NCBI GenBank assembly: GCA_963738475.1
Contig: CAVTWU010000017.1
Coordinates: forward strand, 341,515-405,514
DNA from: an uncultured Chloroflexia bacterium
Lineage (GTDB): Bacteria; Chloroflexota; Limnocylindria; Limnocylindrales; CSP1-4
Direction of reading: 5' to 3'
Length of the DNA stretch: 64,000 nucleotides
Position numbers and translations under genes: made by a program. This document shows positions 21,757 to 33,313 of this stretch, in pieces. The notes below the pieces were generated by a model that saw only the letters and a program-made list of their open reading frames with translations, was not told the DNA's origin and made no database searches. Position 1 is the stretch's first letter; every line of letters begins with the position of its first letter.

Positions 21757-23449
21757 GCGACGGCGCGGACCTGCTGCTCGTCAACGGCCGCGTCTTCCAC
21801 GCGTTCGGACCGCGCGACATCGTCCCCTACGGCTCGGACATCGGGCCGCGACCGGTCGCCGGCGCGAACGCGATCGCCATCAAGGACGGACTGGATCGCC
21901 TGGGTCGGGCGCCAGGACGACGGCCTGCGCGACTGGAGGGGCCCGCAGACCGAGGTCGTGGACGCGCGCGGCGGCCTCATCACGGCCGGCTTCGACGACG
22001 CCCACATCCACGTCGTCGGCGGCGCGCAGGAGCTGGCCGACGCGGAACTCTTCCAGCTCGACAGCGTGGACGCCATCCAGCGGACGATCGCCGGCCCACG
22101 CGGCCGCGAACCCGGGCGCTGCCTGGGTCAAGGGCCACGGCTGGATGTACGTCCCGTTCCCCGGCGGCCTGCCGACCCGCCAGCAACTGGACGCGGTCGT
22201 GCCGGACCGGCCGGCGTTCATGCGCTGCTACGACGGCCACACCGCCTGGGTGAACTCGGCGGCGCTCCGGATCGCCGGCATCGACCGCGACACGCCGGAC
22301 CCGCGCGACGGCGTCATCGTCCGCGACCCGGACACCGGCGAGGCGACCGGCGCGCTCAAGGAGGGCGCCCAGGAGCTGGTCCTCGCGCCACATCCCGAAG
22401 CCGACCGACGGACGAGACCCTCGCCGCGATGCGCGTCGCGATCCGCGGCGATGCACGCGGCCGGGATCACCGCCATCCAGGACGCCATGACCGAGGTCGA
22501 CGAGGTCCCGCTCTGGCGGGCCCTGCGCGATGCCGGCGACCTCCAGCTCCGGACGCGGCTCGCCCTGATGATGCGGCCGAACCAGACCCTGGACGAGTGG
22601 GCGGCGCCGCCTCGACGAGTACGACGAGGTCATCGGCGACCTGCGCGGCGGCGAGTGGCTGGACGCCGGCATCCTCAAGGCCTTCGCGGACGGGGTCGTC
22701 GAGGCCCGGACCGCGTACATGCTCGACGCCGTACGAGGACGACACCTCCACCGGCCTGCCCGAGTGGGAGGCGGACGCAGCTCGACGCGTTCGTCGCCGA
22801 GGCGGACCGGCGCGGCTGGCAACTCGAGATCCACGCCATCGGCGACGGCGGGATCCGGATGGTCCTCGACGCCTACGAGCGGGCTGCGGGCGCGAACCCG
22901 CGCCGCGAGCGACGCCACCGCGTCGAGCACATCGAGACGATCACCCGCGCCGACATCCCGCGCTTCGCCGAGCTCGGCGTGGTCGCCTCCATGCAGCCGT
23001 ATCACGCCGATCCGTCGCCCAACCAGATCGACGTGTGGGCCGGCAACATCGGCAAGGAGCGGGCCGGCCAGGCGTGGTCCTGGGCGTCCATCCGCAAGGC
23101 CGGCGGCGTCATCGCGCTCGGCTCGGACTGGCCGGTCGTGCCGTACGACCCGATGCTCGCCCTCAATTCCGCGGTGAACCGACAGACGAAGGAGGGCCAC
23201 CCGCCCGGTGGCTGGCTGCCGTCCGAGAAGCTGTCGCTGCCCGAGGCGCTGTCGGCGTACGGGCACGGCTCGGCCTACGCGGCCTTCGCCGAGGACCGGC
23301 GCGGGACGCTCACGGCGGGCGCCCAGGCGGACCTCGTCGTCCTCGACCGCGATATCCTCGACCACGGGCCGTCGTCCATCATCGGGACCGGCGTGGCCCT
23401 CACCGTCGTCGGCGGCCAGGTCGTCCATCGCTCGGAGGAGCTGTCATGA
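21753..23449 (+). CDS. Amidohydrolase, YtcJ-like (frameshifted)
   Basis: GFDDAHIH, DGHTAWVNS, HAIGD, RHRVEH and GSDWPV motifs. Confidence 0.88.
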
Positions 23450-23829
23450 AGCACTTCATCATCGGCGCCATCGCCGCGGCCATCGCGTTCTACGGCCTGA
23501 CCCGGTTCCTGCCGGACCTCTTCACCTTCACCGGGGAGACGCAGGGCCTGATCGTGCTCGGCGTCATCTTCGGCGCCGTGAACGGGCTGATCGGGCCGGT
23601 CGTCAAGATCCTGTCCCTGCCGCTGTCCGTCCTGACGATGGGCCTGGCGGGCATCCTCGTGAACGCCGGCCTGCTCATCCTGGTGGCCCTCATCGCCAAC
23701 TCGACCGGCTTCCCGCTGTCGATCGGCGGCTTCCCGCCGGATGTCACCGCCGACACCCTGGTGGCCGCGGTGATCGGGTCGACCGTCATCGGCGTCGTCA
23801 CGGGGGTCGTCAACGCCGTCGTGCCGTGA
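23446..23829 (+). CDS. 4-TM phage-holin-family (YvlD/DUF360-like) membrane protein
   Basis: MKHFIIG...VNGLIGPVVKILSLPLSVLTMGL...VNA; ATGA overlap with the upstream gene. Confidence 0.75.
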   Translation: MKHFIIGAIAAAIAFYGLTRFLPDLFTFTGETQGLIVLGVIFGAVNGLIGPVVKILSLPLSVLTMGLAGILVNAGLLILVALIANSTGFPLSIGGFPPDVTADTLVAAVIGSTVIGVVTGVVNAVVP

Positions 23830-25110
23830 CCGACCGCCTGCCGGCCATCGCGCCGGCCCTGCGGCTCGCGGCACGGCGCTTCGGGACGCCCGCGTACGTC
23901 ACGGACCTCGCGACGATCGCCGCGGCCGCGGCCGAGGTCTGCCGACGCGTTCCCCGATCCGTGGCTGCGCCAGCTACTCGGTCAAGGCGAACGACGTCCC
24001 GGCGGTCATCGCGGCGGTCGCCGCGCACGGGCTGGGCGCCAACGTCGTCTCGCGCGGCGAGTGGGCGGCGGCGACCCGGGCCGGGCTGCCGAACGAGCGG
24101 ATCACCCTGGAGGGGATCGGCAAGACCGACGGCGGACCTGCGGCGCGGCCGTCCGGGCCGCCCGCGACGGCCGAGCCGCTCCGCTGGATCGCGATCGAGT
24201 CGCCCGAGGAGGCCGCGCGCCCTGGCGGCGCTCGCGGGCCGGCATGGCGGCGGACCGCGGCTCGACGTCCTGTACCGCCTCAACCCGGACGTCTCGCCCG
24301 AGACGCTGGCCGGGCTTGGCGGTCGGCGCCGGCGGCTCCAAGTTCGGGATGACCGAGATGGAGGTCGGCGAGGCCATCGAGCGCGGTGGCGGTCCCGACG
24401 GCCCGCTCCGGTCGCGCGGCATCCACCTCCACGTCGGCTCGCAGCTCGGCGCGGTCGATGCCTGGCGCGACGCCGTCCGGCGCGGCCTCGCGGTGACCGC
24501 GCTGTGGCGCGGTTCGATCGAGACGTTCGACACGCTCGATGTCGGCGGCGGCTTCCCGGTCTTCGGGCTGGACGATCCGGCGCCCGGACCCGGCCCGGTT
24601 CGCTCGTGAGCTCCCGGCGCTGCTCGAGGCGATCCCGGCGGACCGCCGCCCGACCCGCCTGGCGATCGAGCCGGGCCGCTTCCTGGTCGCCCGGGCGGGC
24701 TGGCTGCTGGCCCGCGTCCTCCACGTCCGCGACCGCGGCGGCCGGCAGGTCGTCCTGGATGCCGGGATGACCGAGCTCATCCGGCCCGGCGCTCTACGGC
24801 GCGCGTCACCGGATCGTGGCGCTGACCTCGCTGGGGCGGCCCGTGGATGGCGAGCGCCCGCACGTCCGCGTTCGAGCCCGCCGCCGTCGAGGGCCCGATC
24901 TGCGAGTCCACCGATTCGCTCGGCGCGCACGACCTGCCGCCGCTCCGTCGCGGCGACCTGGTCGCGATCGCCGATGCCGGCGCCTACGCCGCGTCGCAGT
25001 CGTCGACGTACAACGGCCGGCCACGTCCGCCGCAGGTCCTGCTTGCCGACGACGGGTCGCTGAGCCTCGGACGTCGACGCGGTCCGTCGTCGAGGCACCT
25101 CGTCGGGTAG
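23826..25110 (+). CDS. lysA: Diaminopimelate decarboxylase-like PLP enzyme (frameshifted)
   Basis: YSVKAN, SKFG, HLHVGSQ, DVGGGF, EPGR, GPICESTD and GAY motifs. Confidence 0.72.
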
Positions 25111-25119
25111 GCTTCGCTC

Positions 25120-26865
25120 GTGAACACCGTCGCGCGCCGCCTCGCCGCCATCGCCGGGGCCGTCCTGTGGCTCGCCGCCATCGGGATCGGACCGGTCATC
25201 GCCGCCTCCCCGCCGCCCGGGCCGCCATTCCCGCCGCCGGTCGACGGCCAGGCCGTCTACGACTTCGCCGGCGTCCTCTCGCCCGCGGCCATCGCCGACG
25301 CGGAGGCGACCATCGATGCCATCGAGGAGCGGACGGGCGCCGAGGTCGTCATCTACACGCAGGACGCCGGCACGTACGACCTGACCACCGAAGGCACCGA
25401 AGGCAAGGCGCGCGCCCTCATCGACCAGTGGGGCATCGGGCGAGCCGGGTTCAACGACGGGATGGTCATCTTCCTCGACCTCGATCCGAGCCTCGAGCAC
25501 GGCCAGGTCCAGCTCTACGCCGCGCCCGGCTTCGAAGCCGCCTTCCTGACGAACGCCGAGCGGCAGAGCATCTACGAGAACGACATGCTGCCGTTCCTCC
25601 GCCGGGCCGACTTCGACGGCGCGGTCGGCGTGGCGATGCAGCGGATCGATGCCGCGGCGACCGCCGAGCACGCCAACGCAGCTCCAGACCGCGCGCCAGG
25701 TCAACGCGGTCGTGGGACTGGTCGGGGGGCCGATCGCGTTCTTCGGCCTGTCCGGCTGGGCGATCCTGTCGTGGCGGCGGTTCGGCAAGGACCCGGTCTA
25801 CCTCGACGACCCGTCGATCCTCATGCCGGCGCCGCCGCACGACCTGACCGCCGCGTCCGGGGCGATGGTCATGGACGGCGCACTCGTCGCGTCGGGCGCT
25901 GACGACCGCGATGCTCGACCTCGCCAGTCGCGGGCTCATCGCGTTCCGCGAGGACAAGGGCTTCCTCAGCCACAAGGTGGAGATCGACGTCGATCCGCCC
26001 GAGGGCGACGCGACGGTCGAGGCGCAGCGACGGCTCAACGCGCGGACCCGGACCGGGCCGGCCGAGGACGTCGCGCTCAAGAAGCTGCGGTCGCTCGGCA
26101 ACTCGGAGCCCGGTTCGATCATCCCGTCGGACAAACTGCCCGAATTCGGCACCTCGGTCGCCGCCTTCGACAAGGCGCTCGAGGGCCACGTCGTCAAGCG
26201 CCAGTGGTTCGCCGAGGCGCCGAGCAAGGTCGTCACCCGCTGGGCCGGGCGCGGGTCGCTCGCGCTCATCGGCGGCGTCATCCTCGTGTTCGTGGGCTTC
26301 TTCATCACGATGTCCGGACTCGTGCTGGTCGGCGCCGCCACGATCGCCGGCTCGCTGGTCATGCTCTTCCTGGCCCGGAGCATGCCGGCGGTCACGATGG
26401 CCGGATCGATGATCCGGGCGATGCTCCACGCCTATCGACGGACGCTCGAGAAGACCATGGAGCAGGCCCGGTCGATGCAGCAGGTCGTGGACGAGTCGGG
26501 CCTCGACTGGCTCGAGACGCCGGACCAGGCCGTCGTCTGGGGCACGGCCCTCGGGCTGCAGGACCGGATCGAGGAAGTCCTCAAGCGCAGCCTCGCCGAC
26601 GCGAAGGCCGGGACGGTCGCGGCCTCCTCGCTGTACTTCCCGGCCTGGTACCACGAACTCGAGCGGGTCCTCGCTGGCGAGCTACGGGACCGCCGGCAGC
26701 GGAGCGAGCGTGTTCTCCGACTCGGCCATCCCGGACCTCGGCGGGATGATGTCGGCGCTCGGGACGATCGGCAACTCGCCGTCGTCGTCCGGGTCGGGCG
26801 GCGGCGGCGGGTTCAGCGGCGGCAGCTCCGGTGGCGGCGGAGGCGGCGCCGGCGGCGGCTTCTAG
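25120..26865 (+). CDS. TPM-domain plus DUF2207-like membrane protein with Gly-rich C-terminus (frameshifted)
   Basis: Signal peptide, VYDFAGVL, WGIGRAGFNDG; ends GGFSGGSSGGGGGGAGGGF. Confidence 0.8.
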
Positions 26866-26948
26866 GTCTCGGGCCCAGCTCATCGGCCGCCTCGCGCTGC
26901 CTCGCGCCTGCCTCGGCGGCGTTCGTCGCCCGCCGGTACACTCCGTGC

Positions 26949-27278
26949 ATGGGTGCAGTCGAGACGATGGAAGACTTCTTCGAGAAGCTGAACGGCGGTG
27001 ACCGCGAGGGCGCGGTCGCGCTGATGGACGAGCAGACCGAGATGCGCGTGCATGTCGGCGGCAACGTGCAGCTGCTGCGTGGCGTGGAGCGCGTCGGCGG
27101 CTGGTTCCTCCGCAGCGAGCCCGGCCTGCGGATGATCCCGGGCGACATCCGCGATACCGGCAACACCTACGAGGCGGACGTCCTCGTCGTTCGGCCGGGC
27201 GCTCCCACGACGCACATCGACGCCACGTTCCGCGTCGAAGCCGGCAAGATCACCGCGATCAACATCGCGCCCAGGTAG
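26949..27278 (+). CDS. NTF2/SnoaL-like small protein
   Basis: MGAVETMEDFFEKLNGGD...FRVEAGKITAI; TACACT -10 lies 6 nt upstream. Confidence 0.65.
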   Translation: MGAVETMEDFFEKLNGGDREGAVALMDEQTEMRVHVGGNVQLLRGVERVGGWFLRSEPGLRMIPGDIRDTGNTYEADVLVVRPGAPTTHIDATFRVEAGKITAINIAPR

Positions 27279-27317
27279 CTCGTCCTCGCCGCGCCCGCGG
27301 GCGCTCGCGCGACGGAC

Positions 27318-28587
27318 CTACGGCGACGCCGCGGCTGACGGGTCGACGATCTCCTCGGGCACCGGGACCGGGATGATGATCTCCTGGCCGAGGCTGATCT
27401 TGTTCGGGTCCTTGATCGTCGGGTTGGCCTCCATGATCTGGGCCACCGTCACGTTGAACTTCTTGGCGATCTTGGTCATCGTGTCGCCCTTGGCGACCAC
27501 GTAGACCTGCGGGGTCGGCGCCGCCGGGATGGTCGGACTCGGCTCGGCGGTCTCGACCGCGAGCGAGGCGCTCGCCGACGGGCCGGCAGATCCGCTCGGC
27601 TTGCCGCCCATCCCGAGCAGCGCGGGCAGGAAGAACAGCACCAGCGCCGCGATCCCGAGCGCCCCGGCGAACAACGCGATCCGCGGCACATCCGGCATCC
27701 CGGTGCGGGTCTTGATGGTCGGATACGCCTCGTAGCGACGGGCCTTCTCCCAGGCCGGCCCGGTCTGGACCGGCGTCCGATCGACGTTGCTCCGGGTGGA
27801 GCTGACCGACTGCCGCTTGACCGGACGAGCGGGCGGCAACGGCGACGGCTCCACGGTCGAGTCGTAGCCGCTCGCGCTCCAGGTCTGGCTCCCGCCGACC
27901 AGCCCGGCGAGTTCCGGGTCGGCCGGCGCCGCCTGCGCGCTCGACGGGACGGCCGGCGGTCGGCGGGCGGGTCTCGTCCGGCGGCAGCCCGCCGGCGAGT
28001 CGATCGGCGGCGCTGCCGGCCAGGCCCTGGCCCTCCGAACCTCGACCAGCCAGGAAGTCCGGCGCGTCGCCCGATGCCGTGGATCGCGCCGCGGCGGCGC
28101 CAGCGGCACCGGTGGCCCACGGCGGTGGCGCGGCCCAGTCGCGTGGCGGGTTCCGTCTGGCCGGAAGCCCATCGGGATCGAGCTCGACGTCGTCTTCGGC
28201 TTCGTCGTATGAGGCGCCGTGGACGTCAGGTGGGTCGTCGACCCGCCCAGCGGGCACGCTCGGCACATCCGATGCGGCCGCCGCCGCACTCCCGGCACTC
28301 GCCGCCGCGCTGCCGGCACTCGCCGACGCTGCCGAGGAGGCCGCCGCCGCGGATCGGGCCTGCGCCGCCTCTCGCCGCGCCCACGCCTGGAACGTCGGGC
28401 AGACCGGGAAGGCGCTCGAGAGGCAGTAGGCCTCCTGGTGCGCGAGGGCCCGCGGCGCCGGCCGCACTTCCGCGTAGCAGCGGTGCGCGTGATCGGGCTC
28501 GGTCGAGCGCTCGTCGCGTTCGTCCTCGTACGCGATGAACGGACAGGCGGGGGAGCCTTCCATGCTGGTCCGGCCACGGTCGGTCAT
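27318..28587 (-). CDS. Membrane protein with N-terminal Cys/His cluster and C-terminal LysM domain (frameshifted)
   Basis: CPF...HRC...YCLSSAFPVCP; TM helix; YVVAKGDTMTKIAKKF...ANP...I. Confidence 0.8.
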
Positions 28588-28725
28588 CCGGCCGATGATA
28601 CCCGGCGCCGTTCCGCTCGTGGCTGCATGCCGCACGCCGGCGTCCTCACGGCGCGTTGTCGCGGCCTCGCGGATGCCGCATGCTGTCGGTCGGGTCGGCC
28701 ACGCGAGCAGACAGGAGGAAGCGAC

Positions 28726-29020
28726 ATGTGTTGCGGGATCGCGATCCTGGGCATCCTCGGGCCACGCGCCCTGATCTTCTTCTGGTGGTTGATGGACCCC
28801 GCCCGCTGGTCGGTGACGTTCGGCGGCGAGGCGCTCCTGCCGGCCCTCGGCTTCCTGTTCCTGCCGTGGACGACGATCATGTACGTCGCTGTTCTGGGCG
28901 GTCGGCGGGCTGACCCCGCTCGGCTGGATCTTCGTCCTCCTTGGGCTGCTGATCGACCTCGGCACCTATGGCGGCGGCGCCGTGGGGAACAAGGACCAGA
29001 TCCAGACGTACTCCAAGTAG
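28726..29020 (+). CDS. Small hypothetical membrane protein (frameshifted)
   Basis: AGGAGG SD; MCC...GPR...LGFLFLPWTT hydrophobic protein. Confidence 0.7.
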
Positions 29021-29026
29021 CTCCAG

Positions 29027-29797
29027 GTGCCTGACACGACCGTGACGAACCGAACCGGCCTTGCCCAGCGAGGCGGCCCGCTCAAGGCGCGACTCGAGCA
29101 GCGAGACGACTATGGCATCGTCCTGGTCCTCGTCCTCGCGACGATCTTCACGCTCGCGCTCGGCCAGGGACAGGCCGGCCAGTTCATCAGCGTGTGCCTG
29201 AGCGGGTTCACGCTCCTGTTCGTCCTGCACACATCCGATGCCAGGCGCCGGTCCTTCCGTGGGGCGTCGGTGATCGTGGCCATCGCGATCGTGGGCGCGG
29301 CGGTCGGCCTGCTGTTCGGCGCCGACGACGGGACGGCGGCAGCCGGCGCGGTCGGACTGCTCCTCGCATTCGCCGCCCCGGTCGTCATCCTCCGGCACAT
29401 CTTCGAGAGCCCGGTCATCACGGTCCGGCTCGTCCTCGGCGCGCTGGCGATCTACCTGCTGCTCGGCCTCACGTATACCTACCTCTATCCCGTGATCGCT
29501 CACACCCAGGATGGTCCGTTCTTCGTCCAGACGACGACGCCAGGGGCCGTCGACTTCGTGTACTTCAGCTACGTGACCCTGACCACCGTCGGCTACGGCG
29601 ACTTCACGGCGGCCACGAGCGCCGGCCGGATGGTCGCCGTCTCGGAGGCGCTCATCGGCCAGTTGTACCTGGTCTCGGCGGTCGCCCTGCTGGTCGGCAA
29701 CATCGGCAGGGCGATCGTCCGTGGGCCGGCGTCCACCGGCATCGAACCCGAACCCGAACCCGCGATCGACGAAGCCGGACCGGCCGACACCGCCTGA
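29027..29797 (+). CDS. Potassium channel family protein (Ion_trans_2)
   Basis: YFSYVTLTTVGYGD selectivity filter; multiple TM helices. Confidence 0.88.
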   Translation: MPDTTVTNRTGLAQRGGPLKARLEQRDDYGIVLVLVLATIFTLALGQGQAGQFISVCLSGFTLLFVLHTSDARRRSFRGASVIVAIAIVGAAVGLLFGADDGTAAAGAVGLLLAFAAPVVILRHIFESPVITVRLVLGALAIYLLLGLTYTYLYPVIAHTQDGPFFVQTTTPGAVDFVYFSYVTLTTVGYGDFTAATSAGRMVAVSEALIGQLYLVSAVALLVGNIGRAIVRGPASTGIEPEPEPAIDEAGPADTA

Positions 29798-29816
29798 TCA
29801 GGCGACACCCGCGCAG

Positions 29817-30881
29817 TCAGGGCTTCGGCGTCTTGTCCGCCTGACCGTTGCCGTTGCCGCCGGCATTGCCGTTCCCGTTGCCGCCGGCATTGCCGTTCCC
29901 GTTTCCTCCGGCATTCCCATGCGCAGGGGTCGGGGTCGGTTCGGGTTCGGCGGCCTGTTCGGGCTCCGTGGTCGAGTCAGGCGCGGCCGTCCCCGTCGTG
30001 CCGGATCCAGCCGAAGAGGCACCGTTACCACTCCCGCCTGCACTTCCGTTCCCGCCGGCCTGACTGTTCCCCGCGTTGGCATTCGCGTTGCCGTTCCCTC
30101 CGGCGTTGTTCGTCGTCGGCCCGTTCCCGTTGCCGTTCCCGCCGGCGTTGCTGTTCGAGGGCGGGCCGCCTGCGCCGGGATCGACCGGCGGCACCTCGGC
30201 GGGAGGGCCGCCGACCGCAGGCAGATCCGCTGGTCGCCCATCGCCAGGCGGTTCGCCGAGGCCGATCAGCTCCCGGATATCGGCCACGAGGAGTGCGGCC
30301 GCCTCGAGGCGGTACGTCCGCCCGAGGACCTCGATCAGACCAAGATCAGCACTGATCGCGGCGACCAGCTCCTCACGGCGGGACGGATCCGCGGCGACGG
30401 CGGCGCGCAAGCGGGTGAGTTCCGTCCGGTACTCGGCCAGGGCCATCCCGACGGCCGCAACCTCGCCATCGCGGGCCGAGACGATGCTGTCGTGCAGCCG
30501 GTCCTGGAGGCGGTGCATCCGGACGGCCCAGCCGTCAGGACTGTCTGCCGCCGGCACCACGGCCGACTCGATCCCCAGTCGTATCGGGTAGAGCGATCCG
30601 CCCGCGTCGGACTGGTTGACCACCGCCGCGATGGCCATGAGGCTCGCGCCGGCGGCCAGACCGGCGACGGTCAGGCGCCGAGACGGCCGGCGGATACCGC
30701 GATCCGCGAGGGTCGCCGCACCGGAGGCGAAGGCCGCCAGCACCTGGTCGCGAACGCGATCGACGGCGTCCGTGTCCACCGTGAAGGACGCCTCGACCGA
30801 GGTCGCGAAGTCGACCGCGAACGCACCGACGGCGTCCGTCTCGAAGTCCGGGCCGCGCAGGCCGAACCGCAGGCCGTTCAT
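29817..30881 (-). CDS. Putative anti-sigma/DUF5667-like membrane protein with NAGGNGNG-repeat tail
   Basis: TM helix followed by GGSLYPIRLGIE; ATGA overlap with the ECF sigma stop. Confidence 0.6.
   Translation of the reverse strand: MNGLRFGLRGPDFETDAVGAFAVDFATSVEASFTVDTDAVDRVRDQVLAAFASGAATLADRGIRRPSRRLTVAGLAAGASLMAIAAVVNQSDAGGSLYPIRLGIESAVVPAADSPDGWAVRMHRLQDRLHDSIVSARDGEVAAVGMALAEYRTELTRLRAAVAADPSRREELVAAISADLGLIEVLGRTYRLEAAALLVADIRELIGLGEPPGDGRPADLPAVGGPPAEVPPVDPGAGGPPSNSNAGGNGNGNGPTTNNAGGNGNANANAGNSQAGGNGSAGGSGNGASSAGSGTTGTAAPDSTTEPEQAAEPEPTPTPAHGNAGGNGNGNAGGNGNGNAGGNGNGQADKTPKP
29838..30148 (-). repeat. Coding low-complexity (NAGGNGNG)n repeats
   Basis: Repeated ccgttgccgttcccgccggc-type units encoding Gly/Asn repeats. 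Confidence 0.8.
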
Positions 30882-31461
30882 GCCCCAGCCTCCGCGAGGC
30901 GCGGGTCCGACTCGCCAACTGCTTCGAGATGGCGGCGGAGCGCCGCGAGCGCCCGGAACTGCGTCGCCCGGACGCTGCCCTCGCGCTTGCCCATGAGGCT
31001 CGCGATCTCGCGCGGGCTCAGACCGGCGAAGAAGCGGTACACGATGACGTCGCGCTGGTCCTTGGTCAGGACCGCCAGGCGGCCCGGATCGCCGTCCGGC
31101 TGGCCATGATCTCGGCGAGGACGGCGGGCTGGCGCTCATCGGCGTCGCGCTGCTCGTCGGACAGGGCCTCGTGGCTCGGGCGGGCTCGCTCGAAGTCGAT
31201 GGCGACGTTCCGGGCGATCCGGAACAACCAGGCCCCGAAGGGTAGTCCGCGATCCTCGTAGCGCGGCAGCGCCTCGACGACCTTCATGAACACGCGCTGG
31301 AGCAGGTCCTCGGCATCGGCGGGTTGCCGGACGCGCAGCAGGAGGAACCGGTAGAGCTGCGCCGCATAGGCGTCGTAGAGCGCGGCGAACGCTCGCCCGT
31401 CGCCAGCCTTGGCGTCGGCGACCAGTCGCGCGAGGACCGTCTGGTCCAGCTCATCACCCAT
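30878..31461 (-). CDS. ECF sigma-70 factor (frameshifted)
   Basis: AEDLLQRVF and WLFRIARN region 2; LTKDQRDVIVYRFF region 4. Confidence 0.88.
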
Positions 31462-31464
31462 GGA

Positions 31465-31489
31465 AACGCGATACCGACCCCGCTGTTAC
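31465..31489 (-). promoter_or_regulatory. ECF-type promoter GTAAC-N16-CGTT, probably autoregulatory
   Basis: Minus strand GTAAC agcggggtcggtatcg CGTT tcc ATG directly before the sigma gene. Confidence 0.5.
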
Positions 31490-31702
31490 GGCCCCGTCGT
31501 CATCGAGCAGGTCGTCCAGCCTACCAAGCCCGGGCTGGTTCGACACCGGAAGTCACCCCCGGAGCGTGCGGATTCGGTGCATTCGGGCACCCCGCACCCG
31601 TACCAAAGTCCGGCCTCGTCCGTTGTCCTAGGTATCCATCCCACAGCCATCGATCATCCCGGCCTGGAGTCCCCATCCCATGCGCCTCGGTCACCAGACC
31701 CC

Positions 31703-33313
31703 ATGACCTCCTCCGAGTCGGACGCCCGACCGCGTCGCCGCTGGTCGGGCCGGGGCCAGAGCCTGGTCGAGTTCGCCCTCGTCATCCCCTTGATGCTGCT
31801 CCTCCTGGCCGGCGCGATCGACCTCGGCCGCCTGTTCTACGCCTTCGTCGCCGTCGAGAACGCGGCCAAGGAAGGGGCGTTCTTCGGTTCGCGCAGCCCG
31901 CTCTGCGATGACGCCTCGACGTCCGGTTGCTCCAACCCGAACAACGTCGTGTGGCATGTCCAGAACGAGGCGACCAACATCGGCGGCCAGTTCTCGACCA
32001 CCGTCGCCTGCCGGACACCGGCCGGGGTCCTGGTCCAGCCGATCAACGACTGCCTGGATGGCTACACCTACCAGGTCACGGTGTCCTACCCGTTCCGCCT
32101 CCTCACGCCGATCCTCGGCAGCATCGTCAACCAGAACCTGACCCTGAGCTCCGAGTCGCAGGCAACGGTCATCTCGGATGCGTTCGACCCGAGCGGACTG
32201 GAAGTCCTCGTCTGGGCGAGCAGCACCGGGGCCGACAACATCGCGGCCATCTCGACCGCCTGCACCCAGGCCGACGCGACCAACGCCCCGACCTACTACT
32301 ACGCGCCGTGCCAGGACGCCACCAACGTCAACAACTTCCTCGTGTATCCGGAGAACACGACGGTCAGCTACCGGGTCCGCGTCCGGAACACCGGCAACCT
32401 CGCCCTGACCAGCGTGGCCTACACGTGGAGCGCGAACGGGACGAACATCGCCGCCCAGGGAAACTGCGGCTCGCTGCCGACCTCGATCGGGGCCGGCGCG
32501 GCGCCGTCGTACTGCACGTTCACCCGGTCCGTCCCGGCGGTCAACCCGGTCAACGGGTTCGCCGACTACACGATGGCCGCGACCGCCCAGGGCAGTGCCG
32601 GCGGCCTGTCGACCAGCCTGTCCAACGGAGCGGCCACGGTCCGCGTCGTCCCGGCACCCAAGCTCGCCGTCAACCTGAAGGCGTCGCCGTATCGCCTCGG
32701 CGGCATCGGCTACGGGACGAGTGGGTCACCGACATTCCCATCCGGACCGCTGACGCTCCAGCGCAACGCCTCGGCCACCCAGGCCGAGCTGCTGAGCCCG
32801 ACCGGCTGGCTGTACCTCACGGTCGTCAACCAGGGCAGCCCGGCCAACGCGTTCACGGTGTCCGTGACCCGGAACGGGGTCGCGGTGAGCCTCCCGTGCA
32901 CGGTGCCGGCGTCCCTCGCCGCCAGCGGGCAGAGTGGCAGCTCCTTCGCCTGCACCATCCCGCAGGCGATTCGCCGCGAATGGGCTGGCCACCTTCGTCG
33001 CGACGGCGAGTGCCACGAACGCGTTGATCGTGGCCGGCCAGCAGCCGTCGGTCGCCGTGACGACCGCGTCCTCATGCGCCGCGAACGAACGGCCGGTGCC
33101 GAACCTCGTCGACACGCTGACGCCGACGGCGGACGGGACCAACAAGACCGTTCTCCAGTCGCAGCACGCTCTGGACGGCGGCCGGGTTCAGCATCGGCAA
33201 CGTTCGCGACGAACCCGGCCGGGGCCGCGGACACCCTGAACGCGTTCACCCAGAACCAGACGGCCTACACGTGTCTGCGCACCAACCAGTCCGTGACGGT
33301 GGTGGCCCAATGA
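31703..33313 (+). CDS. TadE/TadG-like pilin with long beta-rich, Cys-containing extracellular extension
   Basis: RGQSLVEFALVIP prepilin motif, AAKEGA. Confidence 0.8.
   Translation: MTSSESDARPRRRWSGRGQSLVEFALVIPLMLLLLAGAIDLGRLFYAFVAVENAAKEGAFFGSRSPLCDDASTSGCSNPNNVVWHVQNEATNIGGQFSTTVACRTPAGVLVQPINDCLDGYTYQVTVSYPFRLLTPILGSIVNQNLTLSSESQATVISDAFDPSGLEVLVWASSTGADNIAAISTACTQADATNAPTYYYAPCQDATNVNNFLVYPENTTVSYRVRVRNTGNLALTSVAYTWSANGTNIAAQGNCGSLPTSIGAGAAPSYCTFTRSVPAVNPVNGFADYTMAATAQGSAGGLSTSLSNGAATVRVVPAPKLAVNLKASPYRLGGIGYGTSGSPTFPSGPLTLQRNASATQAELLSPTGWLYLTVVNQGSPANAFTVSVTRNGVAVSLPCTVPASLAASGQSGSSFACTIPQAIRREWAGHLRRDGECHERVDRGRPAAVGRRDDRVLMRRERTAGAEPRRHADADGGRDQQDRSPVAARSGRRPGSASATFATNPAGAADTLNAFTQNQTAYTCLRTNQSVTVVAQ

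Noticed and set aside
23446-23829. Holin as evidence of a prophage
   Set aside because: This 4-TM family is commonly chromosomal; no endolysin or phage structural genes nearby
28600-28712. Possible hairpin (GCTCGTGGC...GCCACGCGAGC) in the divergent intergenic region
   Set aside because: Pairing is imperfect and plausible by chance at this GC content; no recognisable riboswitch motif
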